Below the pieces are notes generated by a model that did no database searches, was not told where the DNA came from, and saw only the letters and a program-made list of their open reading frames with translations. A stretch of 58,375 bases of DNA, the filler included, from Dugesia japonica (lineage: Eukaryota): the NCBI GenBank assembly GCA_001938525.1. It is 6 parts of 6 records of this genome, joined end to end, with 100 filler letters (N's around TTAATTAATTAA, not from the genome) between each part and the next. Parts side by side here need not be neighbours in the genome. Positions count along the whole stretch, not along the records: positions 10,017 to 23,694 come from MQRL01598663.1; 5 more parts are not named here. The stretch is one strand, 5' to 3'. How positions within the stretch are numbered: the stretch's first letter is position 1; each line of letters begins with the position of its first letter. A program made the position numbers and the translations under genes. This document shows, piece after piece, positions 11,386-23,620 of this stretch.

Positions 11386-13938
11386 ATCTAATTAATTTAA
11401 TTATTTTTTATTAAAGAAAGGGTATATCTGAAATGAGATGGTCCCTTACTAAATTGAGAAATGATATATGTTAGTCTATACAAAAGACTCTATAGTATAG
11501 CTTTTTGTGCATGTGTGTGCACACAAATATTTTCTTACTCCTTGTCTATAACATATTATAATCATCAAGTTAAATTAGGTTGTCCCTTATTAAATTGTTA
11601 TAATTTACTTATATTCAATTTCTTATATTATAGTGAGCCAATAAGATTGCTGCAATTTATTATCAGGGTTTTACTAATTTTTTATAATCAACTATTGAAT
11701 TTTTTAGACTGTATAAATAATAATTGCAAACAGTTAATGCTAACGTCGTGCTTATATTTAAATATTGTTGAAAATTATTTTACGCAAATATTACTTTGAT
11801 AATTTACGAGGATCTACCAAAGAAAGTAAATTTTAATTTTTTATTAACAAATGATAAATTTAATCTGAGTGACAACATAATCTAAAACTGATAATCGTGC
11901 CCATTGATATCAGTAGAATTCGAATTGGTTTTTTATGTTAAGTCTAGTATGTTAAGTATAGTAAATGAAGTTACCCACAAAAGAAGTCTGCTTATCAAAT
12001 GTTAAACCAGAGATACAGAAATGAAAATATGAAATGACCAAAGTTGAGACAAATTGTTAATGTCAAGAGATTTAATTTATTACGAAGAGATTATTAATAA
12101 AGTAAAATATATGCATTGATGGATTAAGCGATCAAGTCCGCGTTTAAGCGTGCAAATCCAAACATAATTCAAAGTGAAGGTCAACAGGGTATAATTAATA
12201 TTGATATAATCAAAGCTGGAGTGAAAGATGAATGGAAGCTTGTTGTGAAAGCGAATATAATTAATCCGAGTCGAAGACGTGTGGGGCAAAGTAGTAATGT
12301 TGAAAAAATTCAATAACAATTTGAATTAAATAAAAAATTACAGACTGAATTATTATTAATGGTGTATTCCAATCTGCCCACGGAAGTGATCAAAGTTGTA
12401 TTAAAATGAGGATGAGCGAAAATATTACGGAGACGAGAGATTAATGATCACGCCAATATCGAATCAGTACATGAATTCGTTATATTTTGCAAACAAAATT
12501 AAATAGTGTGCGAAATTAGTACAAACAAAACAATAAAGTTGTAGAGCGATGATTGTATGATTGAGGGATGATGTACATGCATTAATGATGGCCGGAAACA
12601 TATCTGTGTGAAAAGAAGTGCATTGCTACGTAATATTGCACACGAGCTCGTGGTGAGAAGTTTAAAGATGAATCGAAAGGTATAAGATATAAAGAATGTT
12701 TCTTTCTGTTACCAAAATATTACAGTATCCTTAGTGAAAAACCTTCTATAAAGGCTAATAAAGTAACATTAAAAAGCACTGACTTAAGCCATCAGTTGTA
12801 TCTTGATGGCTATTCTAATAATCAAAGAGTTTCAGTGAATCAATAATTTTAATGGACCTAAAATTGCACTAATAAACACAGATGACAAACGAGTACGGGT
12901 AGAAACGTTTAAAAGTTTTCCATACGGCCATTACAATATTTTATCCTGTAAAAAAGATGATTTGGGTTCAATCAAACCATTGTAAAGGTGATGAAATAAA
13001 TAAATTAAAAAAATAATTAAATTAATTAATTTTATTATTTAGCATTTTCAAACAAAACAGCAATCAAACGAAACATTCAGTCACCAAATTTTTCTTAAAT
13101 ATATGTTAGTTATAAAAAAATATCTTTGTCATGTTATTTAGTTATGTACTTTGCTTTTTTATTATTTTAATTTTATCATTGTCTGTGTGAATATTTTAAT
13201 GAACATAATTATTATAGTGCGCATCTATCTATCTTCTATGTATTATCTAGATCGTATTAGATATCTTTAAAATTAAAGAAAACCCTTATTTCAATGGTTT
13301 TTACTTTTACAGATAGGTTTTAGCTATCAGATTAATTTCTTGGTCTGTCTCCCTTTTAATTAGGTCCTGACGCCAATTGACAATGCTACAATATTAGAAT
13401 TACAATAAATTACTTATTCAAAATTCTAAACTCTTCCAATACAATCTAAAATCTAATCGAAAAACAATATGTATACAATTTCACAATCTTACAGATTGCT
13501 GTGTTTTTTTATTAATTGTCCTGTTTTATTGTTAAGTATTTTAATTCTCATGAGTATTATGTCGATAGATTATACACATAGATTTCTTAGGTAAACAAAA
13601 GATTTATTAAGTGTGTTTCTCTTTTTATTTAAATTAGCATTAATTAAAGTTCCAAAATTTTGAATATTAAATCAAATATTTTAGTTTTTTTTTAAATTAA
13701 TTAATGAAAAAGTTCTGAATTACTATTTACTCAAATCTTCACAACATAATTATCATTTACTCTAACGTAATTCGCATTTTGAATTTAATTTTTTCTAATT
13801 AAAATCAAAAGTACAAATCCGAAATAAATAANNNNNNNNNNNNNNNNNNNNNNTGACAAATTTGAAATAGCAAAGTTCAACAATCACGAAAATCAGTGTA
13901 TAAAAACAAACATTTTATGTCTACAATTATTTGTATTA

Positions 13939-15426
13939 ATGGACATAAATTCTGCTGATAATCATTTACAAGGAAAACGTTTTTTATTAGAGATTTGTAC
14001 ATATAATCTAGGTGTTTTCACTGCAGTAATCGGAATCATTTACATGTATGGATATAATTGCGCTGTACTCGATCAGCCAACGATGTTCATTGGAAGATTT
14101 TCTAATACCATTGGAATTTTTGGAATTTTACCACATATTATAAATATCTTTCTAGTTTTCTACAATTGCTATAACAATTTTCGACTTAGAAATTATTTTT
14201 TAAAAATCAAAACCGAAAACATTTTGACATTTTATTTTGTTTGTATTCCATTTCTTATTTTCGCTATTTTTTATAGTATTATTGTAACAATTAAATTTGT
14301 ATTTTCTCCATTTCAATTAGGTGTTGGCGATACGATTTATAGTATTACATGCAATATTTTGTCGTTGTTAATTTTGATTTATCTCGTTGAAGTCAACACG
14401 TTTCGTGATTTTGGAGAAAATTGGTCAATTAACTATCTGAATTTTTCTACAATTTTCATCACAATTATCAATTTGATAACTTTTGTAATATTTCAGTTCT
14501 CTTTGAGCCAACTTTTTGCTTTTATTTCTGCATATGGCTTTGAGTTAAGTGATACAAGTTTCGTTAAAGATATTAATTCAACGGAAATTTTTAAAAAAAA
14601 TTTCATAGAATTTTATGAAAAATGGAAAATTTTCCTTATGAAAAGTTTGATTTTATTTGGAATATCGTCATTAATTTTTTTCATTAATCCATTAATTAGG
14701 CATTATAAATATTTACAGAAATTTAAACAAATATATACAAATGTTAATACCAAAGAAAACTGTTCAATTCCTAAAATCACTGGAATTATATTAATAATAT
14801 TTTTTTTGATAATGTTTGCCGGTATTTTATATATCAATATAAGCCATTATCACAAGTTAGAGTACGAAGCTATAATGATTGTAATTTATATAGTGTCAAG
14901 TGTTATTTTGATAACACAAATTAGAGCCATTTTTGATTGGCCGAGTAACGGCAAATCATTTTCCACCGTTGAAATATTGATTTATATTGGATTATGTGGT
15001 CATAGTATTAAAAACGTTGCTTTATTTGAAATTTCTTTACATTATGTCGTATTCTATAATGAAAATTTGTATGTGGTAAATATTTTTCAAAATTTGCTTT
15101 GTATCATCCATGGACTGGTATGTGGAACATTTATTTGTTTTCTTTTGGGTAAACAATGGCAACAATCATATCGAAATTATTGGTTAATTACATTACTATG
15201 TTTAATAATGATTTCGATTAATAAGTTTTTTAGTTCTATTCAGGATATTTATCATATTGATTTACAAGCAACATTTTTCAGAATTAAATACTTTACACAT
15301 GCATTATTTATTTTAGGAGCAACATTTAATGTTTTGTACGATTATTTGATTATGTTTGTCATGATTAAATTCTTTTTATTTATGATAATTTCAAATAATC
15401 ATCCAATAGTTAACAAAAATAATTAA
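13939..15426 (+). CDS. Intronless 495-aa multi-pass membrane protein, divergent otopetrin (proton channel)-like
   Basis: Longest intact ORF in the window, with roughly 11-12 hydrophobic segments in two halves. Weak positional motif similarity to otopetrins (IGIFGI, IINL, NPLIRHY, NCS..ITGII, EILIYIGLCG, LITLLCL..IS). Confidence 0.5.
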   Translation: MDINSADNHLQGKRFLLEICTYNLGVFTAVIGIIYMYGYNCAVLDQPTMFIGRFSNTIGIFGILPHIINIFLVFYNCYNNFRLRNYFLKIKTENILTFYFVCIPFLIFAIFYSIIVTIKFVFSPFQLGVGDTIYSITCNILSLLILIYLVEVNTFRDFGENWSINYLNFSTIFITIINLITFVIFQFSLSQLFAFISAYGFELSDTSFVKDINSTEIFKKNFIEFYEKWKIFLMKSLILFGISSLIFFINPLIRHYKYLQKFKQIYTNVNTKENCSIPKITGIILIIFFLIMFAGILYINISHYHKLEYEAIMIVIYIVSSVILITQIRAIFDWPSNGKSFSTVEILIYIGLCGHSIKNVALFEISLHYVVFYNENLYVVNIFQNLLCIIHGLVCGTFICFLLGKQWQQSYRNYWLITLLCLIMISINKFFSSIQDIYHIDLQATFFRIKYFTHALFILGATFNVLYDYLIMFVMIKFFLFMIISNNHPIVNKNN

Positions 15427-15759
15427 ATTAGTTTTTTAAAAATGTTTTTTTTATTGTCGCTGGATTTTAATATATTTTTTTAGTTCTTGTTGTTGTGATA
15501 ATGTTGATGTTTCAATAATCTTTATAGTTATGATTCTTTTTTGTACTAAATATTAAATGTATTCATAATAAGTGATAAATTTCCGAGAATTATTTTCTTT
15601 TTTTAATATAGGCTATATAAAAAATAATAGTTTTTATATTAAAAATATTTATAAATATTTCGAATTAAAATTGTGTTTAATTAATTGAACAGGTTAGCGT
15701 AACTTTAAATCTGTTTTATAATTTAATTTCAGATTATTATGTAATGCAGAGAAGATAAA

Positions 15760-16040
15760 ATGTATTTCTTAATTGAAATTCTTAGACGTAACAACATGAA
15801 CAAATGCCAATTCATGTTCTTTAAAGGTTGCCTCAACATTGAATTTCAAAGTCTCTATTTCTGAACAGAGTCCATTTTCATCTAGATCTTCATCATATTC
15901 TAGTACTAGGCGACTGGTCATTTCTTGCAACTCTGATGTCGGAGTTTTAGATATCACTGCTACTTTAAAAAAATTAGATGCTTCATGAAACATTTCAATC
16001 CTAAAATCTTGAATGACATCTGTTGTATGTTCATCCACTG
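15760..16040 (-). mobile_element. hAT (ZMYM1-like) transposase fragment
   Basis: DFRIEMF...LVLEYDEDLDENGLCSEIETLKF resembles the Y..D(L/I)....L..E...FK segment of hAT transposases. Confidence 0.45.
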
Positions 16041-16364
16041 TTACTTCTCCAGATATTCTTCTAATTTAATGCTTTCTTTTATCTTGAAATTTGGCATCAA
16101 TTGACAGTGGCCTTTCGAAAAATTACTTCTATTCCAATGACTAGGTTTATAGTTCTGCACGGCCACAGTACCCCAATCCCCAAGATTAGAATTTTTTTTG
16201 ATTTGATTCGCCACACACATGTTTCCTACGATATGATTGGTTGAAATTTTTTGGTGTGTGATTATGCAATTGCGGCAGTCATCCTGCAATTTGATTGGTC
16301 GAAATTATTTGTTCATATCGTCATAATTACGTACCGATGATGCAATGGTTACATCATGGTTACA

Positions 16365-16690
16365 TAATAATTATTTTTATTTTTGTTAAAATGAATTTAA
16401 TTTATGTATTTTTATTTAAATGAAGTTAAATTATTTATTTTTGTTTAAATGAAATGAAATTATTTATTTTTGTTTAAATGAAAGGAAATCATTTATTTTT
16501 GTTTAAATTAAATTAAATCATTTATTTTTACTTTAAATTAAGTGAAATAAATTATTTTTTATGTACATTTCCTCCCGGATAATATTAATATTAGCCGCGT
16601 CTGACAATATTAACATTAACCTTTGTACTCTCCGGAGAATATTAACATTGACACTAAATGTTCCCTATGCAATATTAATAGTAATTTATA
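16365..16690. repeat. Short AT-rich tandem repeats, possibly Polinton subterminal
   Basis: Several ~27-30-bp units of TTATTTATTTTTGTTTAAATGAAAT, then four AATATTAA(C/T) units at ~27-32-bp spacing. Confidence 0.7.
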
Positions 16691-17242
16691 AATTTTAAAA
16701 TAAATGAAATTTCATTAAATTTAAATTAATAAATTGTTTGTTTTACGGCTTCAATTTTAAACACATATGCATTTTATTACACATACACTTACTGCATATA
16801 AAGCAAATATTTTATTAATATTTTCATTATTTTAAAAATGAAATTCATTACTCTTACAAAAGATAATTCGTCATCTGTAGAGATCAAATGTGGTAAGCCG
16901 CAGAATTACTACAAATATGAAATGAACTTTTTCAACAAGTCTGATTTATACTTTCCAGGTAATATNNNNNNNNNNNNNNNNNNNNNNNNNNNNNNNNNNN
17001 NNNNNNNNNNNNNNNNNNNNNNNNNNNNNNNNNNAAATAAGCATAAGAAATTGTTCTGTATCCATATCTTTGCATTCAATAGTGTAACTCATATTATCAA
17101 TTTGATTTATGAAAATTTTGTTTGTACATGTCTATCATAGAAATATGTATGAGTCACATTTTGCTTTGTTCACATTTTTTGCTTTTGTTCACATTTTGCA
17201 ATGCGCATTCTTCATGCATGTATTGATAAGGTCTGCATTGAT

Positions 17243-17660
17243 TTAGTTTTTCCTAATTAAAGTATTCAAATTAGATATCACAACATCGACTTGAGGTTGA
17301 TAATCTAATGTTTTGATTCCCAGAAAGACTAATTTTCCGGATGAAAATACATTTACACAGACTGGATTGAATTTTTAGATCATAATCCAGAAAATAATTC
17401 AGGTTCAAACATGTATTTAGTTCTTCTTGCTAAATCATTTAAATTGATTGACTGTAGTTGAATATGTTTGATATCATACTGTAAATGTTTTCTTTCCAAG
17501 GGTTTCTTACATCCCATGATTCTACCTTTTCTGGATTTGAAGAATAATGATGTATATTTTCCAGTTTGTCGACAGCTTGTGATGGCTTGCCAAAGGGAAA
17601 AATCATTTTTCTTGTAACCTCTTGTGAAACTTTGCCTTTGTAATTAATATTTGCAATCAT
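17243..17660 (-). pseudogene. TATA-binding protein (TBP)-like gene within the Polinton
   Basis: Reconstruction over two frameshifts and one stop: MIANINYKGKV...GKYTSLFFKSRKGRIMGCKK...IKHIQLQSINLNDLARRTKYMFEPELFSGL*.KFNPVCVNVFSSGKLVFLGIK. This matches the TBP repeats TALIFSSGKMVCTGAK and YEPELFPGL..P...LIFVSGKVVLTGAK. Confidence 0.8.
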
Positions 17661-17734
17661 AATTATGTTAATAAATATTTAAAAAGTGAATATACATAAA
17701 CAATAATTTAATTAATACATTAAAACAAACAATA

Positions 17735-18345
17735 ATGAAATTAAGAAATTATGCTGTTTATCAAATGGTCGGTCCACACGGAAGTGGATAAACTATATTT
17801 GTATGTAAATTATTCAAATCAAAATTATTCAAATCAAAATTCAAAAAAATATATTGACATAGAAGAACTTATGAGGGACATGGATTAACTCAATTCAAAA
17901 TCTGTGATATAAAAATGAAAATTGTAAACGGTTTCGATGAAAATTGGATCAAGAGATTGACTAAACTGATGTGATTGTTGTTGATGATTTATACAAGGAA
18001 GCAAACAAGGAAAAGGACTTTTTACAATTTATTCAACAAGATATCAAGACATTGTAATGTGACTGTAATATTTATTACTCAGAATTTATTCCATCAAAGA
18101 GGTGGATATAGAACTCGTACTTTAAATGCACAATACTTGGTTCTATTTAAAAACCCGCGAGATCAAACAGTTGTAGATTTTCTTGCAAGACAAGTATATC
18201 TAAACAATAGACAATTTCTTGTATTCATTCAAAGATGCAACAGTAAATTCACATGAATGTCTTTTCATAGACTTTACACAACCATGTTCAGATGAACTTA
18301 GAGTGAAATCTGATATTTTTAATTCAAACAGTGTTAGCGTATAAA
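17735..18345 (+). pseudogene. Polinton DNA-packaging ATPase (FtsK-HerA/A32-like)
   Basis: Walker A VGPHGSG*T (Lys replaced by stop), Walker B DVIVVDDL, SRHCNVTVIFITQNLF, LNAQYLVLFKNPRD. Confidence 0.92.
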
Positions 18346-18599
18346 AATAATAAACGTAATTTCTTATTTTATTTACAAATGACGATATTTACTAAATCTA
18401 TAGCTGATCAACTCAAGAATAAAAAGATTAAACAAAATAACATTCCAAAAGATATCAAAACAATGAAGATAACAACAAAGAAGTCGACAAAGATTGTTAT
18501 TAAAAAAAGTCACCAAAGAAGAAACAATCAAAGAAACAGTTGAAAAAGTTCAAAAAACTCGGAAAAAGCTTTTTAAAGAAACTTTTAGATCTAAATGGA

Positions 18600-18968
18600 A
18601 AATGGATAAAGTTATAAACAAATAAAGTGTGATATTTAATAAAAATGATGAAATTTTAACAAAGTCTTTCGTATTTTAATAAGTTACTCAATGATCCAAA
18701 CGAATCTAGAGCAAAAATGCTGCAATCATTTCGATTATTTGTTGTTTACGATTTACTAGAGATTATTGTAAACATAGTNNNNNNNNNNNTAATTATAAAA
18801 AAAGTTAGAAAACAAGCATTAGAAAAAAATAACAAGTCATTGCTTTCACTTTCACATACCAAGAATAAGAAATTAATGAAGAAAATATTATACAAACAAT
18901 ATGGCAGCTTTATCACTGCATTACTTCTCATTGCATTGACTGAATTAGATCTAACAATTTTTGCATAA
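18600..18968 (+). pseudogene. Small basic Polinton ORF (PX/core-protein-like)
   Basis: C-terminal KKILYKQYGSFITALLLIAL resembles the QxGGFLxxLL motif of small Polinton proteins; it lies between the ATPase and the integrase. Confidence 0.55.
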
Positions 18969-19059
18969 ACAATATATTTTAAATTTGATATAAACAATGG
19001 GAAATTTAGAATCATTAATAAAAATTAATCTAAGATTGGCATCAAAACGTTGTAAGGGA

Positions 19060-19435
19060 CAAAACCGAGATGATACGGACAGATCCAAAAAATCTAGCAG
19101 GATTCAAAGAAGTGGAAAAAATATGGAAAGCAACACAAAATTCAAAAGACAAGACACAAGAATTTCGATAGTATTTAGAGTGATGTAATGTTTCGAATAT
19201 CGAAAATCAATACAAAACAGAATTCAATCATGTATGTGATTCAAGACTATGAAGATAATATCATTCAAGGAAAATTCTATGAACCAGAATTACAAGTGAT
19301 CCCACAACTAACAGTATTTAGAATAGAAATGGTTATAAGATCAAAAGAAACAGGTGAGGAAAAACATTTATATGTAAAGTAGCATCGATACAAAATGACT
19401 ACTTGGATATCAGCATCTCAAATAGTAAATTCAAC
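19060..19435 (+). pseudogene. Polinton integrase remnant (N-terminus plus C-terminal/chromodomain; catalytic core deleted)
   Basis: TDPKNLAGFKEVEKIWKA is joined to I*SDVMFRISKI..YVIQDYEDNIIQGKFYEPELQ and the chromodomain FRIEMVIR...LYVK*HRY...WI. Confidence 0.85.
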
Positions 19436-19448
19436 AAAAAAGAAAAAA

Positions 19449-20480
19449 ATGAGCAAAATGAATAATTTATATACACTATTACCGAGTAATAGTTGTCCAC
19501 TTATTCATCCGGATAAGTAATTTCATTGTCAAGCTTCAATATACGATTTATATAGACGGTCAATGGAGAATGGCTTTGATAGATTTCACTTTTGTATACT
19601 CAAATTTTCTGTTTTATAGTAAATTCAATATTGAATGCGTAACGGGAAAAGATGAATGGAAGGAAATACTTGTTACATTTGATAATAAAGAAAACAGATT
19701 GAGTAACAGTGATGATGATGTTATTCAAATATATGAAATAGAAAGCTTACATACAAATTACAACATCATGATTATGAATTGAAATTTTAAAAACTTGAAG
19801 ATTCAAAACTATATAGATTTAACAATTTAAATAACGACATTGAAATTGCAGAAAAGTTTCTTTTCTTTCAGACATTTAAAAGCGATGATTCAAAAGAAAC
19901 CATAAAAATAAAGTNATTTTTTAGAAACGGTCAATGTCTTTCAGTTGAAAGATGATTTGTACATAATGGAAATTGATCACTTCAATAATTATTTTCCAGA
20001 AAAGTGTTTTAATGTATTTAAAACTCTTGATCTAAAAAAGAATGACCATTCGGATTTTCGCTGTTAGATAATGTTAAATATGTACCATTTGATGGAATCC
20101 TAAGAAAAACACTTGGATTAGTCAAACAAATGTATTTCCGGGCTGGTATAATTGCAACTCAAAGAGCTGTTGAATTCCCTGTACCTAATAAATCGAAGTT
20201 GTTGAACTATCATCAACCAACTTTCATCTATAGTAGCATTGTTGAACCTGTTATTGTTGTTGATGTTAGTATTCCTCTGTTGAAATCCATATGGTTGGAA
20301 AAGTATGATGATGATCAAGTGGTCCAAATAATAGTTGAAAATCCAATGTATTTACCAATATCCAAATCGTGTATAAACAATATTTAAATCAATATATGAA
20401 ATGATAACGGAAATTTAATCAATTTTGCTAATGACTCAAAAACTCAATTGACCCAACATTTTCGAAAAAAATCTCTAATT
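19449..20480 (+). pseudogene. Polinton minor capsid (penton-like) protein
   Basis: N-terminal LYTLLPSNSCPLIHPD...IYIDGQWRMALIDFTF and C-terminal FIYSSIVEPVIV.DVSIPLLK...PMYLPI...NDNGNLINF...HFRK. Confidence 0.85.
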
Positions 20481-20730
20481 CGGATATCATTTCATTGTAT
20501 AGTACTATTCAAACCTATATAGGTCAAGCCAGAAACCAAATTTCATTTTAAAATTCCGTTTCCTTCTTTCTTCANNNNNNNNNNNNNNNNNNNNNNNNNN
20601 NNNNNNNNNNNNNNNNNNNNNNNNNNNNNNNNNNNNNNNNNNNNNNNNNNNNNNNNNNNNNNNNNNNNNNNNNNNNNNNNNNNNNNNNNNNNNNNNNNNN
20701 NNNNNNNNNNNNNNNNNNNNNNNNNNNNNN

Positions 20731-20731
20731 N

Positions 20732-20797
<66 letters not shown>

Positions 20798-21255
20798 TAT
20801 TATTGATAAATTTAAATATCTGAGAAATCTTTATTTAATTTTCATATATATAATATTAAAATTTTTTTTAAAACATGTAAAATAACATATTCCATAGAAT
20901 TAAATCGATATTTTTAATTTATTTAATGAAATTAATAGGTAAAATATTTTATGAAATTTTTTTTAAAATGAAATATTTCATTAAATTAAAATAGTCGATA
21001 TTTTTAAAATATTTTACAAAGTTTAATATTTATTATGTATTATTTTATTGAAAAATTTCTCAGATTATTTGTTTGAATACTATGAATTATTCTTGACANN
21101 NNNNNNNNNNNNNNNNNNNNNNNNNNNNNNNNNNNNNNNNNNNNNNNNNNNNNNNNNNNNNNNNNNNNNNNNNNNNNNNNNNNNNNNNNNNNNNNNNNNN
21201 NNNNNNNNNNNNNNNNNNNNNNNNNNNNNNNNNNNNNNNNNNNNNNNNNNNNNNN

Positions 21256-21322
<67 letters not shown>
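20731..21322. repeat. (AAT)n microsatellites next to gaps
   Basis: Pure AAT runs at 20731-20797 and 21256-21322. Confidence 0.95.
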
Positions 21323-21325
<3 letters not shown>

Positions 21326-22759
21326 GCGAGTTGAAATTTTTGTGTGATTGGTTATCATTTTTCTAAAAATCTTTTTTTTAAAAAAAAATTTAAATTATAG
21401 ATGAAAAATTTAAATAACGAATATTTAAAAAAAATTGAAATTTTGAATGAACGAATATTTGGTTTTAAATTTTAATAGTAAACTAAAATTTTTAAAAAAC
21501 TTAAAATAAATTTGAAATAATTTGAAAAATGATCACCAATTAAAACATGAGATTTTAATTTGTTTGAATTAACAAATAGTGTTAGTTATAGTTTTGTTTG
21601 TGAATAAGTTTTCAATATAATTGAGTTTTGATATTGATGACCCGACGAGTACATCAAACTCATCTAACAATAATCATCATAATAATTCTTTTTTAATAAA
21701 TTATCTTACATATTCTTATAATAATAATAAGTTTCCTAGTTTTTACTTTTACGAGATTATTTTTTAGTCAACTATACCTTAGATAAGGGTTTTTGTTTTA
21801 GTCGTCGGTTTTATTTTTACCTAATATTCCTTTCTTATATATCTACTTTTCTAACATTCAGATGATTATATATAACGATATATTATTTGTTTTACTCTGG
21901 TTCAGTTTTTATCTCAACATTTTGTTTTAATTGTTGTTTTCCACAATTTTTCATTTTAATTAATTTCTTGGTTATTTTTCGTTTAATTTTATTTTAATTA
22001 ATTTCTTCGATTTGCTATTTTAAATTATACCATATTAATTTGTTTCTTTTTCTTTTCTTCGACATTGGTATTAATTTTTAATTTCCTACGTTTATTTTGT
22101 TACATTAATTCTCTTTGATTTCCCTTTGAATATTGTTTATTTCTTTTATCTCTGAGCAATATTATTTTTCCCTAATCTTTTCCTTTTATTTTCTCGAATT
22201 ATTTTCACTTTTGTTTCTTTTAATTTTCTCTCGAACCTTAATTCTCATTTCGTTTAATTTTTGATATTTAATTTTAATCATCTCAATCTTATTCATTTAA
22301 TTACTTTATTTAATCCGATTCTTTCTTTGAATGCATCATTCATTTTGTGAGAGATTTTTTATTTTATTTTTCATTTGGATACGATTCAGTTATTTCATCT
22401 TTGAGCATTATTTTATTATTACATTTATTTAATTCGTTTTATTTTATTTCGGAGCAATACTTTTACCATCATTTATTATTTCCTTTGAGTAATCAATTAA
22501 TCATGTCGATTAATTTTGATATTTATTTATTTGTTTTATTAATTACTTTTCCTTCAAATATCATTATTTCTGCACCCGATTTATTTGACCCTTTGATTCT
22601 CGTAATCAGTTTGTGTTGTTGCTTCATTTATTCGCTAATTTCTATTTTTCTAAACTCGGTGCTGTTTCAGCCTAAAATATGTTAATAATTTTTTTAATTT
22701 TAATACATTTAATCATGTTATTTCAACAAAAATACTTTTATAAGTTAATAATTTTATTT

Positions 22760-23560
22760 AATGACAATAAGTTTTTTAAATGTTCAATATCGTGCTTCAA
22801 ATCAAATATTTTTGAAAACACTTCATGAAAACCCTATCAATTTCTTTATATCATTAGCAAATCTTTTTGTATTTTTGCTATTTTTATTTACTGATTTAAG
22901 TGCTCCAAAATGACCCCATTGGTTTTTATCCAGATATCCTTTACATATTTTCAACGTATTCAAAAATGATTCGATAAATTTGTACATGTCACCTATTGTC
23001 AAATCCCTGCCTTGTAGTTTAACATTAAGCTCATTTAAGTACTTCGTTAAGAAACATAAAACGCTAAGATAAGAATAAAATTATCATCAGAGAATTGTTC
23101 AATTTTCGGTTCTTCAGATTCCATGAAAGTTTTGAAGATCAAAAAATCTCTTCAGAAAATTTCCATGACTAATCCACCTCACGTTTGTGAAATAAATTAC
23201 ATCGGAGCCTTTTGTTTCTTCAATTATAGTTAAACTTTCTTTGAATCATCGATGGCGAAGAGCACCTTTGTGAATGTAATTAACAGTTTTGATGAAAAAA
23301 TAAATCACAGATTTCATATCAAGTGTGTTCCCACATAACCTTTCAATGTGCAATAAACAATGAATAACTTTGAAATTTTCGTTGAATTTTCCAATTTTTC
23401 ACAAAAGCAAAGTGACAGCAACAGATGTAGAACTACGCATAGATGGTGGACCATGGTTGGTTATTCCCGCTAGTATTTCTCAGTTAGCTTTGAATACATT
23501 TGCTTGAGTAATAATCGCGTTGTAAATACTTGCCTCAATTGTTAAATACTTCCTTGACAC
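22760..23560 (-). mobile_element. hAT transposase fragment (GTF2IRD2/SPIN-like)
   Basis: TNHGPPSM (TTDGAP-like), KVIHCLLHIERLC, DVIYFTNVRWISHG, LNELNVKLQG. Confidence 0.85.
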
Positions 23561-23620
23561 CAAACTCTACGTAATAACTAGGCCAACAATTTTTAACATT
23601 ATAAAATAGAAAAATCTGAC

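Larger units (their letters stand above)
16150..20520 (+). mobile_element. Polinton/Maverick remnant (no pPolB, major capsid or protease visible)
   Basis: Contiguous packaging ATPase, PX-like ORF, integrase with chromodomain and minor capsid gene, all broken by stops and frameshifts. Left boundary is uncertain; right side runs into a gap. Confidence 0.9.

Noticed and set aside
17439-17660. 73-aa ORF as a standalone protein
   Set aside because: Only its first ~32 codons are in the ancestral frame; it is the start of the frameshifted TBP-like gene.
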